A stretch of DNA of 64,000 nt from Bugula neritina (GCA_964035545.1 OZ037770.1:11428463-11492462), one strand, 5' to 3'. Positions 36,901 through 46,888 are shown, numbered from the stretch's first letter. Numbers and translations are program-made. The notes: generated by a model not told the origin, from the sequence alone.

Positions 36901-39900
36901 GATTCTCGGCATATCGGAACACCGAAGTACCGAAATGCCGGATTCGGCATTTCGGATTCCCGAAGTACCGATATTCGGTATTTCGGGCCTCCGATCTCGG
37001 CAAACAAAGGAATGTCTTTGTCCTGCATGTATATAAAAGCCAGCGAGTTCCAGTATAGTTCAGTCTGCTACTGGAGCTCGCTGGATAAAGACCATTGATT
37101 CACTCGGACTATACTACAATAAAGATTATCTACATTTTACCTTATTTCTCGCCTTGTTTCTCATACAAGCATGTAACAGCACTAGTTTCATTCACAATCC
37201 ACAAAACTATCACATTGGTGGCAGCGGTGGGATTCTACGAATAGCTAGTTGCTAAGAGAAATAGGATGGCCCCAGGGGACCCAGCCCCTGAGGCAGCAGC
37301 ACCACCAGCCCTCACTATTGAGGCGCTGGTCACAGCCCTCCAGGGATTGCGGGGGCAAGGACAGGCAGCACCTGGTGACAGGTATCGCCTCCAGCCCCCG
37401 ACTTTCGGAGGAGATGGAGACGTGGAACAGTTCATCAAGGAGTTCGAGGACGTGGCCGCCACCGCTGAATGGCCAGTACGGGTGCGCGTCCTCCAACTCC
37501 GGGCCTGTCTGACAGGCCGGGCCAGGAACTTCGCACTGGGACCCGACGAAGCCCACATCCTGCGGGCTCTTAGGGCCCGGTTCGGGTTGACCACGGAAGA
37601 GGCGTCAGACCAGCTACAAGTGATGAGGAGAGACCGAAGGACATCTCTGGAAGATCACGCTAACGAGGTAGAGCGCCTGGCTCAGGCTGCTTTCGGTCAC
37701 GCCACTGGCGACGATCGGAAGCGCCTCGTTTTTAACGCGTTCTTCCGGAGTGTGAACCACCCGGACCTCCAGCGGTACTGGCTAGCCGCAAAGGTCAAGA
37801 GCCTGGACGAAGCACTAGAGATGGGGAAGGCCTACTTCCAGGTGGAAGAGCCACGGAGGGCGAACTACGCAGCTCGCCAGGTGGCCGGAGATGCAGAAGA
37901 GATACCCCCAACCCCACAAGTGGCAGCAGCAGCTACCCCGTCACCTGAGCAGACGCAGCTCAACATGCTGATGAGCATGATGAAAGGCCTGCAGGCTACA
38001 GTGACGGAGTTGCAGCGCAACCAGACGGACAGGCGGGCTCCCCGCTCGCGGGACGACCCTGTCCGCCCCCCTATGCCCACTTGCTGGGAGTGCGGGATGC
38101 CAGGACATGTGAGAAGGCACTGCCCTAAGGGACAGAAGCCTTTAAACACCCGAGGCTCACGGTGAATTCCGCCACCCGTGGGCCCCACGCCAATTCGGTC
38201 CGGGATAGGACTCGGAAGACAACAGAAGAGACCTCTCCAGAGTCGACCTATATCGAGTGGCACGCAAACCGGAGATCTCGGAGACCGAAAGGCCTACCCG
38301 ATCCTCCTGCCCTGCCACTCGATACCCGGATGGAACTAGAAGAAACCGGATGGCAGGCACCTCGGAGATCTCGGAGGCCGCAAGGTCTACCCGATCCTCC
38401 AGCCTGGCCACTCCGTAACCGGTTCGCGGGGTTGCCCGAGGAGGTTGTGGAGGAGGATTCAGCTTACTCGCAAGAGTATCCCAAGCTACCCTCCCGACCT
38501 CAGAAAACCCCCGTTGTCTCTAAGACGAAGAGGAGGCCCGCTGTGCGGACCCAAGTCGTGTCTCCCCCAGAGACTGACCGCTCCAGGAGCACCCAGCCGT
38601 ATGGAAGCAGCTACTTCCTGCCCGGAAAGATTTCGGGTAAAGCTGCCACATTCCTACTGGATACTGGGTGCACTACCAACCTGCTGAGTAGGCGTCTCTT
38701 TGACACCCTTGGTGCACGAGAGCGGGCGAGCCTCGAGCCGTATGAAGGTGCGCATGGTACGTTGGCGGACGGATCATGCATTCCTTTCTACGGCGTCATT
38801 TCACTACCTGGACGCGTCCGTGATCAAGCAGTTCACGAGACGTTCATAGTCAGCCAGCTGAAGGAGGACGCCATCTTGGGAATGCCCTTCCTGGAGAAAC
38901 ACCAGTGCCACATGGATTTCCAGAAGTCAGTGGTGGTGATGGCTGGGAAGGAACTTGTCTGTGTTGACAAGTTTGGCAGGCCCTTGGTGGGCGGAGTCCA
39001 GGTAGTGCGGGACTGCACAGTTCCGGGGAGGTCCCAGGCGACTCTCCGATGCAGAGTCAACTGCAAGGAGATCGCCGGCCTGGGGATGGTTGAAGGAACG
39101 CACGGAGCCATCCGACTAGCAAACAGCCTGAATCGGCTAGATTGTCGGCAAGAGCTCCTCGTGCAGTGCATCAACCCCTTCACGGAACCTGTCCATTTAT
39201 CGGCTGGAGCGCTGGTGGGGAAGTACCACTCCATCCAGGAAGCGGATGTGGGTCCGGCACTGGAGACAGTGGCCGACAACCAGGGAAATCCCCCTCACAC
39301 CAGACGAGAAGCAGTCCCGGAGCATCTGGCTGACCTGTATGGCGGAGCATGCGGAAACTGTACGAGTAGTACTGAACGCCAAGTACTGGCTCAACTACTC
39401 GCGGAGTACAGTGATGTCTTCAGTCGTGGCGATAGAGACATGGGGCTGACTAAGGTTATCTCTCACGAGATACCCCTGGCAGCCGACACCACTCCCATCA
39501 GGCAGCCTACCCGACGTCTGGGCCCGGAGAAGGAGAAGGAGGTGAGCCGACAGGTACAGGATCTTCTGGACCGGGATCTGATTGAGCCTGCCCACGGTGC
39601 GTGGAGCTCCCCAGTGGTCCTGGTCAAGAAGAAGGATGGTAGCTGGAGATTCTGCGTGGACTACCGCAGACTCAACAACGCTACCATCCAGGACGCCTAC
39701 CCTCTCCCCCGGATAGATGAGTCTCTAGACGCCCTCGCGGGTAGCAAGTACTTCAGTACTTTGGATCTGCTTAGTGGGTACTGGCAAGTGCCCCTCAGCC
39801 CTGATGCACAGGACAAAGCAGCATTCATTACTCGTGACGGGCTCTGGAAATGGAAAGTACTGCCATTCGGACTGACGTCCGCTCCGGCAACATTCCAACG

Positions 39901-42900
39901 ACTCATGGAGCAAGTCCTCAGTGGGTTACACTGGAAGACCCTCCTCATCTATCTGGACGACGTCATTGTCATCTCCCCAGACTTCTCGACTCATGTCAGC
40001 CGTCTGCGGGAGGTCTTTGACCGTCTCCGGGCTGCTGGACTGAAGCTGAAGCCCTCCAAGTGTGCACTCCTGCAGCCAGAAGTCACGTACCTGGGCCATG
40101 TGGTTGGCCGTGATGGGGTCGCTACCGATCCAGAGAAGGTACAAGCTGTGAAGGAGTGGACTGTTCCCCGTGACCTCCCTGAGTTGCGTGCTTTCCTGGG
40201 CCTAGTAGGGTACTACCGGCAGTACATACCTAGGTTCGCAGGAGTGGCTCAACCGTTAAATCGGCTGACCGCGAAGGTAGTCCGGTGGCAGTGGACACAG
40301 GAGGAGCAACAGGCATTCGACCACCTCAAGCAACGGCTAATGGAAGCGCCAATCCTGGCGTATCCTGATCCAGCCAAGAAGTACATCCTGGACACCGACG
40401 CCAGCGACCACAGCGTGGGAGCCGTCTTGTCTCAAGTCCAGGGTGGAAGTGAAGTGGTCGTGGCTTACTATAGCAAGACTCTCGCGGCCGCCGAGAAGAA
40501 CTACTGCACCACTAGGAAGGAACTCCTAGCAGTAGTCAAGGCGGTCAAGCACTTTCGGCCATATCTGTATGGGAAATCGTTCCGTCTGCGAACAGACCAT
40601 GCATCACTGATATGGCTGTGTAAACGTGCAGAGCCCTCGAGCCAGGTGGCTCGTTGGCTAGAGATTCTTGCTGAGTTCTCCTACCGGATAGAGCACCGTG
40701 CAGGCCGGAAGCATGGGAACGCCGACGGCATGAGCCGCCGGCCGGTAGAGGACTGTAAGCAATGCCTACACATTGAACGGCGGGACGGGGGACCCGCTCG
40801 CCTTGACGTGGAAGCAGGACTAGTGGAGGGCACCACCTACCAGTGGGAGCACGGCCATCTTCGGACCGAAACCCACCAGGACGGTGTCCAGGCACTCCAC
40901 GCCAACCCTACTCTGCACCAGAACGTCAAGGAGCTGTGCCGACTCCAGGAGACGCTACCCGGCGCGGTAGCAGACATCTTCCGGGCCAAGAAGGAGAGCC
41001 GACGGCCTAGCGAGGAACAGCAGCGACAGGGGGACGTTGAGTTCCAACTCCTCTGCCGTCGCTGGGATGCCCTCAAGGTCAGTCCCGATGGCCTCCTGAT
41101 GATAACGTTAGCAGCAGACAACCGCCAGCAGAAGAGGGACCGCGTCGTCTGTCCACGCGCCCTCCGGCGGGAACTGATCTGGGACACCCATAAGCAGGCT
41201 CATGCTGGAGTCAGTCGGGTCATCAGGTGTCTGCGGCTACGTTGGTATTGGCCCGGAATGACTCGGGACGTACGACTGCGGGTACGGCAATGCGAGGTCT
41301 GCCAAGCTAGCAAGCATGGCCGCTCCACGGAAACCACTGGTCGACGCCGGCTGTACGCTGGTCGACCGTGGCAAGTAGTGGCGGTAGACCTCGTCGGGCC
41401 TATGCCGTTATCCACCAGAGGGAACACCTGGATACTGGTGCTCACGGACCACTTTACCCGGTGGGCGGACGCTCTGGCTATTCCAGACGCCACCGCCCCC
41501 ACGGTGGCCCGGACCCTGGACCAACATGTATTCTGTTACCTCGGTTTGCCCGAGCAGATACATACAGACCAGGGTGCCCAGTTCCAGTCCCAGCTCATGG
41601 GAGACCTCTGCCGGATATGGGGGGTGAACCAGAGTCGGACCACCCCATATCACCCGCAAGGGAACGGAGTCGTCGAGAGGAACAACAGGATGTTGGGTGA
41701 CGCGCTCCGGAGCCTGCTGCTTGGTCGAGGTCAGGAAGAATGGGACGTGGTGCTGCCGCAGATCATGCGGGCTTACCGCAGCACACCACACTCCGCCACG
41801 CAGGAGACCCCAAACTTCCTGATGTTAGGCCGAGAGACGCGGGTCCCGGAACACCTGACGTACCATGTTCCTGCCCCCGAGTCACCGGTACACGAATATG
41901 TGGAGGGTCTGATGGACATCATGGGCAAAGCTCATGATGCGCTGCGCACCCAGCAGTGGCAGACCCGCACAGAGGACTCAGAGGAGCCCCCGTTGTACCA
42001 AGTGGGAGACTGGGTCTGGATGGTGAGTTACCGTAGGCGGCGCGGACAGTCGGCTAAGCTTCAGCCCAAGTTCGTCGGCCCCTACTGCGTAGTAGAGGTG
42101 CTGCCCAACCACACATACCGTGTGGAGCGCTCTGGACAGGTCTCTGTCCAGAGCGAGCAGCGCCTCAAACCTTACCATGCCAGCCCAGACGCGGTGGGTC
42201 AGGCTCCACCCCTCTTTGAGCCCCACCGTCAGCCCAACCGACGTGGACGGGCCACCCGGCCCCGTGAGGTGGAGATTATGGTCCCCAGGGAGGCAGACCA
42301 GGAGCAAGCCGCCCTGATAGAGCAGCTGGAGCGACAGCAGAGAGCGGAGCGGGAGCAGGAACAGCAGCAAGCCCTTGGCTCACAACCCTTCCCGGGGGAG
42401 GACACCCCCACCCCCGTACGGGGTGAAGACGGGGACCCCCCTACCAGGGCAGCCCAGGAGCCACCAACACCACCAGAGTCTGTTCCACTTGAGAGGAGCC
42501 AGCGGCCAAGAAGACCTCCCAGGTACCTGGCAGACTATGCTGTAGGACACCTGGAGGGGCCCCCTCCTGAGGAAGACCCCCCCCCCACACTGACTGCCAC
42601 CCCATCTTGGTTGGAAATTCCCTCCATCACCCCGGAGAATTCCACCAAGAAGAAGAAATGGCCGACCGAATTTCGGAAGACACTCGATCACGCGAGTTGT
42701 CTTCTCGAAATCCGGGGGAAATTCCCACGAGTCACGCGACTCGGGCTTCAGCAGGTAAAACTTCTGAAGCACGAGGTTCGGCCATTTCTCATTCTGACTT
42801 CACACAGCTCGCACGGCAGTTGCAACTCAAACTAAATTCTGATTCTAATACTCATTTTTACTTTACCACTGTTCTCCGTACGCTATCAGCAGCTATGGGA

Positions 42901-45900
42901 ATTACTCTACCAGATACACAATCAGGTATTTCTTCTAGATTAGATCCTCCAGTTGCGGAGTCTAGTCAAATTACAGTAGACTGGTCTTTACTAGACTTAC
43001 TTGGTTCTGATCTCTTAGAACCGGAGGCCGAGATGGATCTTGGAGATGACTCTGCCATTGATACATTGTTGAATCACGATGTAGGCTCAGTCAATTTCTG
43101 CGATACACCTCGGCCCTCGGTTTTTAACTTATCTCCATACACACCTGTGCCGAATAGTGAGACCGCCTTCTCACAGCCTCTACTATCTATTCTAGAGGAG
43201 CGAATGGACGTTGAGGAGGCCAGTCGGTCCGACTCCCCTCTCCCACCGGCCCTTGCTTCGGCTTCTACCAGCCAGCAGGCCGCCACCTCCTCCACAGAGG
43301 TGTGTTCCGCCATGGTTGGCCCTGACCCCAAACCGGTCGAGCTTCAGCTCACGGCCGGGGAGGAGCAGGGCATCCTACACGGCGACCACCTGCCAGCAGG
43401 AGAAGATACCTCCCCAATACTGGCCCTGCCTCGGGCCCTGGTCGCCCGCCAGTATTGGGTGACTGGACCCACCAACCTGAAAATTGGTGATGCTTGCGGT
43501 GAGCCGGGCAACCGCATCTGCCATGAGTGTAAGAGGAAATTCTCCTCTGCACGGCGGTTGCGCGTACACGCCCCACAGCACTACATCAACGTGTTTTGCC
43601 CGTGTGGGGAGTTCTCCTACCAGAGAGACTATGTGTTGAGACATCAACGCATAGCTCACTGCCACACGGGCTACACGTTTGCTGTAGACCAGGCCTCCTT
43701 TCCCGAATTTCGGGACCTGGTGCTGCCACACGTGGCGGATCCCCACAAACGGGCTGCTCTCGCCCTGGGATTCCCCGCGTGTAGGCCTGTTCGGGAAGAA
43801 GAAGGGGAGCCCGCCGCGACACCCCAACCGGCAGCCACCCAGCCACTTCGGGTCATGCTGGCACGGGTCGGACCAGGTGCCAGGGCCGATTCATCGGACC
43901 TGGGCCCCCGACCCTCGGCGGCGGGCGAGAAGCAGACGCACCGCCAGCGACGTCCTGCCCGTGGTACTACCGACCGCCCTAGGCACCAGACGTCAGCTCA
44001 GTTGGCAGAGGAGGTCCACCAGTTACGCCGGCAGCTCCGCAGATATGAAGAGGAGCTGGGGCAACTCCGGAGACGAGTTAGCCGCCTGGAGCGGGGTCGA
44101 TCTGGCGACCGCCGCTGAGACTATTTGTATAGTTTTTTTTTTCTTTTCTACTCTTATTCTTTGTTTGTTTATTATATGTGTGTAAGTTCTTCATGTAATG
44201 CATGTACCTATTCATGCTCTGTTTTTCTTGTGTGTGCACAAATCTTCCCTGTTTTTTTTTGTTGTTATCATTGTATTATTACTATCACTGCATGTTTACC
44301 ATATTTTTTTTTTTTGTGTGTTAATTTCAACTGTGCGTTTTATTGTCGTGTCATTCCCTGTTGTGTGTTTGTGTTGTGTACGCCTCTTTATCGGAAAGCA
44401 TGCTTTCCGATGGGGGGTGTGTGTGGTAAATTTATGTTGTGTGTGTGTGTCCTTTGTTGCCGAGATCGGTACTTCGGTCCTCCGAAACACCGATATGCCG
44501 ATTCTCGGCATATCGGAATACCGAAGTACCGAAATGCCGGATTCGGCATTTCGGATTCCCGAAGTACCGATATTCGGTATTTCGGGCCTCCGATCTCGGC
44601 AAACAAAGAAATGTCTTTGTCCTGCATGTATATAAAAGCCAGCGAGTTCCAGTATAGTTCAGTCTACTACTGGAGCTCGCTGGATAAAGACCATTGATTC
44701 ACTCGGACTATACTACAATAAAGATTATCTACATTTTACCTTATTTCTCGCCTTGTTTCTCATACAAGCATGTAACAGCACTAGTTTCATTCACAATCCA
44801 CAAAACTATCACAATAGGTCTTTAAAAATAACGAAGCTTATTATTGTCATTTATTTCTGTTTCAGATTTACTTCAATATTAAAAAAAAGTGAAAATAAAA
44901 TAATTTACACAACTTATTGTTTTACATTTGCTGCAACTATCTTCACACCAGCCTTGATTATTCACTTCTTTTACAGCTGTAAAAGTGTTAACAATCTGCA
45001 AGCTAGGACATCATATCTGTATAGCTATAACATCATATCCGTATAGTTATGGCATCATATCTGTATAGTTATGGCATCATATCTGTATAGTTATGATATC
45101 ATAGCTGTATAGTTATGACATCATAGCTGTATAGTTGTGACATCATAGCTGTATAGTTGTGACATCATAGCTGTATAGTCATGACATCATGATTATACAA
45201 TTTTGTCAGCCCAAGTAAAGTTGTAGAGCTTAAGACTTGGCTTAAAGCAAGACTTGAATTTGTGAATGTTACAATTTCCACCTCTAAATTCCACATTACA
45301 ACTACACTTTGAAATAAAATACAATGTATAGTTTATATTTGTATCTGTTTGTCGCCACATTTGTGTTCCGTGTGTACCATATGTATTATAATTGGTAATG
45401 TTGACATTTTTATGCATATCGTTATGTAAACATACACAGGGCTGACAACAATTATTAAATGAAGTTATCTCAACATATCCCTGCATGCTGATGCTTAGTG
45501 CATACTATGCTATGCTTGTTTACTGTAGGTGGATCTGGTTGAAGGATTTGCAGAGATTAAAGAAAGAATACAGAGACCGATATCTGTTGAGATACCTAAA
45601 CTAGAGCTGTGTGATGTCATGTCTCTAAAGGTCAAAGGTTAGCATACTACGCTAGAGATTCTAGCACAGTATTATACTACTAATATTTTTAAAAGCTTCT
45701 AATAATCATGTATCTGCATTATATAATATAACTTTAACATTTGGCATCTTATCTGAAAATTAACCCCATGTGTGTGAAACTACTGGTTCGAAAATTTGAG
45801 TTTCTGTTCAAATAGCCCTGTGTGTAGGTTTACTCAGAGTTTCTATTAATAGAATATATACACATACTCACCTTTATATGACATACATATTATATATACA

Positions 45901-46888
45901 TACTCACTTACATATAAGTATACACACATACACACATATTCACATGTATATTGTAGAGGAGAAGAGAGATGCAGAAGTAGACTTGGTTCCTGCAGCAGAC
46001 ATGATTATTAGTTTAGATCCTCCTAAATCTCTTAAACTCTTACAGTCTGTTGATGTTTCTAGTTACTGTTATTCTGTCTGTAAATATGAGGATAACACTT
46101 ATGCAGGGATAGACAGAATAGATAGAAGTTTCAGTGTTTCCAAGTCTTTTATTTCTACTACTAACAATGTAACTGGAGTCACAGTACATAGGAAAAAGCT
46201 GTATTCTGTACAGGGTAATACCGTGTCTGTGTATGATCTTACTGGGAAACAGGTGACCAGTTGGTCTCACCATGATAACTGTGGGTATATAAACAAACTT
46301 GTTATTGTTGATGATCAGGTTGTAGTTCCTGATAGAGGCAGTAAAAGGCTTACAATCTACTCTCTTACTGGGAAAGTAATTAAACATGTCTCCTGCCCTC
46401 TACTCAGTAAGGATGCTGTAGCAATATGTGCAGCAGACAGACATTGTGTAGTAGTTTCTGATTATGGTTCCTCTCAAGTATTTAAATTAGACTTGACAAC
46501 AGAGAAAGTCATCTGGACATGCAAGGATGTATCTCAACCACTAAGTGTGACCTGCTATAGAAGTAGATATATTCTTGTGAGTAACTACAGCAGTAAAACC
46601 ACCATCTGGATACTGGGTGTGGAGACAGGTTAGTTTTACATTGGTTAGTTAACTACTGTGACCAATATAATAGTATTTCTCACAGTCTCACACTACAAAA
46701 TATACTATGCTATGTACTAGTGATGACACACTAATACATCATTTCCTGTTACAGGTACACAACTGTCCAAAGTGGACGATCCAACTGATAGAGCTGAGAG
46801 TAGTGTGTGTGATCTCCATGTGTATAAAGACACTCTGATTGTACCTAGATACAGTGAGAAGAAAGTTCTGTTTTACCAGCTAAACTAA
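33954..46888 (+). CDS. TRIM-NHL-like copy 4, about 586 aa (Gypsy element in intron 5)
   Basis: Exons 33954-34105, 34253-34409, 34724-34907, 36174-36355, 36619-36789, 45529-45637, 45957-46628, 46755-46888. Exon 7 has two in-frame deletions (18 and 15 nt). The sense-oriented LTR element in intron 5 may impair expression. Confidence 0.8.
35124..35696 (-). mobile_element. 5'-truncated LINE (CR1/L2-like) 3' fragment in copy 4 intron 3
   Basis: Minus-strand peptide HTAPLFKK..ILQIENLY..HSYSTR..GQRSTCY..NRL typical of the LINE ORF2 C-terminus, followed by a 3' UTR and an (AAAC)n tail. Confidence 0.7.
36823..37214 (+). repeat. 5' LTR
   Basis: TGTGG...TCACA termini, TATAAAA near 37032, AATAAA near 37118; near-identical to 44422-44813. 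Confidence 0.95.
37216..37235 (+). promoter_or_regulatory. Primer binding site, tRNA-Leu
   Basis: TGGTGGCAGCGGTGGGATTC immediately after the 5' LTR is complementary to the 3' end of eukaryotic tRNA-Leu (GAATCCCACCGCTGCCA-CCA). Confidence 0.85.
37266..38165 (+). CDS. gag: Gag (299 aa)
   Basis: First ORF after the PBS; capsid-like PPTFGG..F..EFE motif and CCHC zinc knuckle CWECGMPGHVRRHC. Confidence 0.92.
   Translation: MAPGDPAPEAAAPPALTIEALVTALQGLRGQGQAAPGDRYRLQPPTFGGDGDVEQFIKEFEDVAATAEWPVRVRVLQLRACLTGRARNFALGPDEAHILRALRARFGLTTEEASDQLQVMRRDRRTSLEDHANEVERLAQAAFGHATGDDRKRLVFNAFFRSVNHPDLQRYWLAAKVKSLDEALEMGKAYFQVEEPRRANYAARQVAGDAEEIPPTPQVAAAATPSPEQTQLNMLMSMMKGLQATVTELQRNQTDRRAPRSRDDPVRPPMPTCWECGMPGHVRRHCPKGQKPLNTRGSR
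38141..38197 (+). promoter_or_regulatory. -1 ribosomal frameshift signal (slippery heptamer plus stem/pseudoknot)
   Basis: T TTA AAC in gag codon phase (38141-38147), 6-nt spacer, stem GGCTCACGG (38154-38162) pairing with CCGTGGGCC (38176-38184). Confidence 0.75.
38162..42835 (+). CDS. pol: Pol polyprotein (protease, RT, RNase H, integrase), probably expressed by -1 frameshift from gag
   Basis: FLLDTG (protease), LPFGL..YLDD (RT), LDTDAS (RNase H), H-x3-H..C-x2-C plus D,D,E (integrase), FVGPY motif. Uninterrupted; in the -1 frame relative to gag. Confidence 0.95.
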   Translation: MNSATRGPHANSVRDRTRKTTEETSPESTYIEWHANRRSRRPKGLPDPPALPLDTRMELEETGWQAPRRSRRPQGLPDPPAWPLRNRFAGLPEEVVEEDSAYSQEYPKLPSRPQKTPVVSKTKRRPAVRTQVVSPPETDRSRSTQPYGSSYFLPGKISGKAATFLLDTGCTTNLLSRRLFDTLGARERASLEPYEGAHGTLADGSCIPFYGVISLPGRVRDQAVHETFIVSQLKEDAILGMPFLEKHQCHMDFQKSVVVMAGKELVCVDKFGRPLVGGVQVVRDCTVPGRSQATLRCRVNCKEIAGLGMVEGTHGAIRLANSLNRLDCRQELLVQCINPFTEPVHLSAGALVGKYHSIQEADVGPALETVADNQGNPPHTRREAVPEHLADLYGGACGNCTSSTERQVLAQLLAEYSDVFSRGDRDMGLTKVISHEIPLAADTTPIRQPTRRLGPEKEKEVSRQVQDLLDRDLIEPAHGAWSSPVVLVKKKDGSWRFCVDYRRLNNATIQDAYPLPRIDESLDALAGSKYFSTLDLLSGYWQVPLSPDAQDKAAFITRDGLWKWKVLPFGLTSAPATFQRLMEQVLSGLHWKTLLIYLDDVIVISPDFSTHVSRLREVFDRLRAAGLKLKPSKCALLQPEVTYLGHVVGRDGVATDPEKVQAVKEWTVPRDLPELRAFLGLVGYYRQYIPRFAGVAQPLNRLTAKVVRWQWTQEEQQAFDHLKQRLMEAPILAYPDPAKKYILDTDASDHSVGAVLSQVQGGSEVVVAYYSKTLAAAEKNYCTTRKELLAVVKAVKHFRPYLYGKSFRLRTDHASLIWLCKRAEPSSQVARWLEILAEFSYRIEHRAGRKHGNADGMSRRPVEDCKQCLHIERRDGGPARLDVEAGLVEGTTYQWEHGHLRTETHQDGVQALHANPTLHQNVKELCRLQETLPGAVADIFRAKKESRRPSEEQQRQGDVEFQLLCRRWDALKVSPDGLLMITLAADNRQQKRDRVVCPRALRRELIWDTHKQAHAGVSRVIRCLRLRWYWPGMTRDVRLRVRQCEVCQASKHGRSTETTGRRRLYAGRPWQVVAVDLVGPMPLSTRGNTWILVLTDHFTRWADALAIPDATAPTVARTLDQHVFCYLGLPEQIHTDQGAQFQSQLMGDLCRIWGVNQSRTTPYHPQGNGVVERNNRMLGDALRSLLLGRGQEEWDVVLPQIMRAYRSTPHSATQETPNFLMLGRETRVPEHLTYHVPAPESPVHEYVEGLMDIMGKAHDALRTQQWQTRTEDSEEPPLYQVGDWVWMVSYRRRRGQSAKLQPKFVGPYCVVEVLPNHTYRVERSGQVSVQSEQRLKPYHASPDAVGQAPPLFEPHRQPNRRGRATRPREVEIMVPREADQEQAALIEQLERQQRAEREQEQQQALGSQPFPGEDTPTPVRGEDGDPPTRAAQEPPTPPESVPLERSQRPRRPPRYLADYAVGHLEGPPPEEDPPPTLTATPSWLEIPSITPENSTKKKKWPTEFRKTLDHASCLLEIRGKFPRVTRLGLQQVKLLKHEVRPFLILTSHSSHGSCNSN
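42658..44118 (+). CDS. Retrotransposon ORF3: acidic/low-complexity N-terminus, two C2H2-type zinc fingers, C-terminal coiled coil; not env-like
   Basis: Open from 42571 to TGA at 44118; ATGs at 42658 (486 aa) and 42895 (407 aa). Contains CHECKRKFSSARRLRVHAPQH, CPCGEFSYQRDYVLRHQRIAH and heptad LAEEVHQLRRQLRRYEEELGQLRRRVSRLE. No signal peptide or transmembrane segment is evident. Confidence 0.75.
   Translation: MADRISEDTRSRELSSRNPGEIPTSHATRASAGKTSEARGSAISHSDFTQLARQLQLKLNSDSNTHFYFTTVLRTLSAAMGITLPDTQSGISSRLDPPVAESSQITVDWSLLDLLGSDLLEPEAEMDLGDDSAIDTLLNHDVGSVNFCDTPRPSVFNLSPYTPVPNSETAFSQPLLSILEERMDVEEASRSDSPLPPALASASTSQQAATSSTEVCSAMVGPDPKPVELQLTAGEEQGILHGDHLPAGEDTSPILALPRALVARQYWVTGPTNLKIGDACGEPGNRICHECKRKFSSARRLRVHAPQHYINVFCPCGEFSYQRDYVLRHQRIAHCHTGYTFAVDQASFPEFRDLVLPHVADPHKRAALALGFPACRPVREEEGEPAATPQPAATQPLRVMLARVGPGARADSSDLGPRPSAAGEKQTHRQRRPARGTTDRPRHQTSAQLAEEVHQLRRQLRRYEEELGQLRRRVSRLERGRSGDRR
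44422..44813 (+). repeat. 3' LTR
   Basis: Direct repeat of the 5' LTR, preceded by a G-rich PPT-like tract (GATGGGGGGTGTG). Confidence 0.95.
45002..45190 (+). repeat. 22-bp minisatellite, about 8.5 units, copy 4
   Basis: Same unit. Confidence 0.92.

Larger units (their letters stand above)
36823..44813 (+). mobile_element. Full-length Ty3/Gypsy LTR retrotransposon (7991 bp), recent insertion
   Basis: 392-bp TG...CA LTRs at 36823-37214 and 44422-44813 differ at 3 positions by eye. 4-bp TSD ATAG (36819-36822, 44814-44817); the paralogous empty site in copy 6 (about 63168-63171) has a single ATAG. PR-RT-RH-INT domain order. Confidence 0.97.

Noticed and set aside
36797-37098. ORFs in the LTRs (also 44125-44697)
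   Set aside because: Arise from stop-poor inverted repeats and T-rich low-complexity sequence.
38162-42835. RT as part of a diversity-generating retroelement acting on the TRIM propellers
   Set aside because: The RT is an ordinary Gypsy pol, there is no template/variable repeat pair, and propeller variation is not adenine-specific.
37235-44185. Many short overlapping or antisense ORFs inside the retrotransposon
   Set aside because: Expected shadow ORFs of GC-rich gag/pol/ORF3 sequence; no recognisable motifs.
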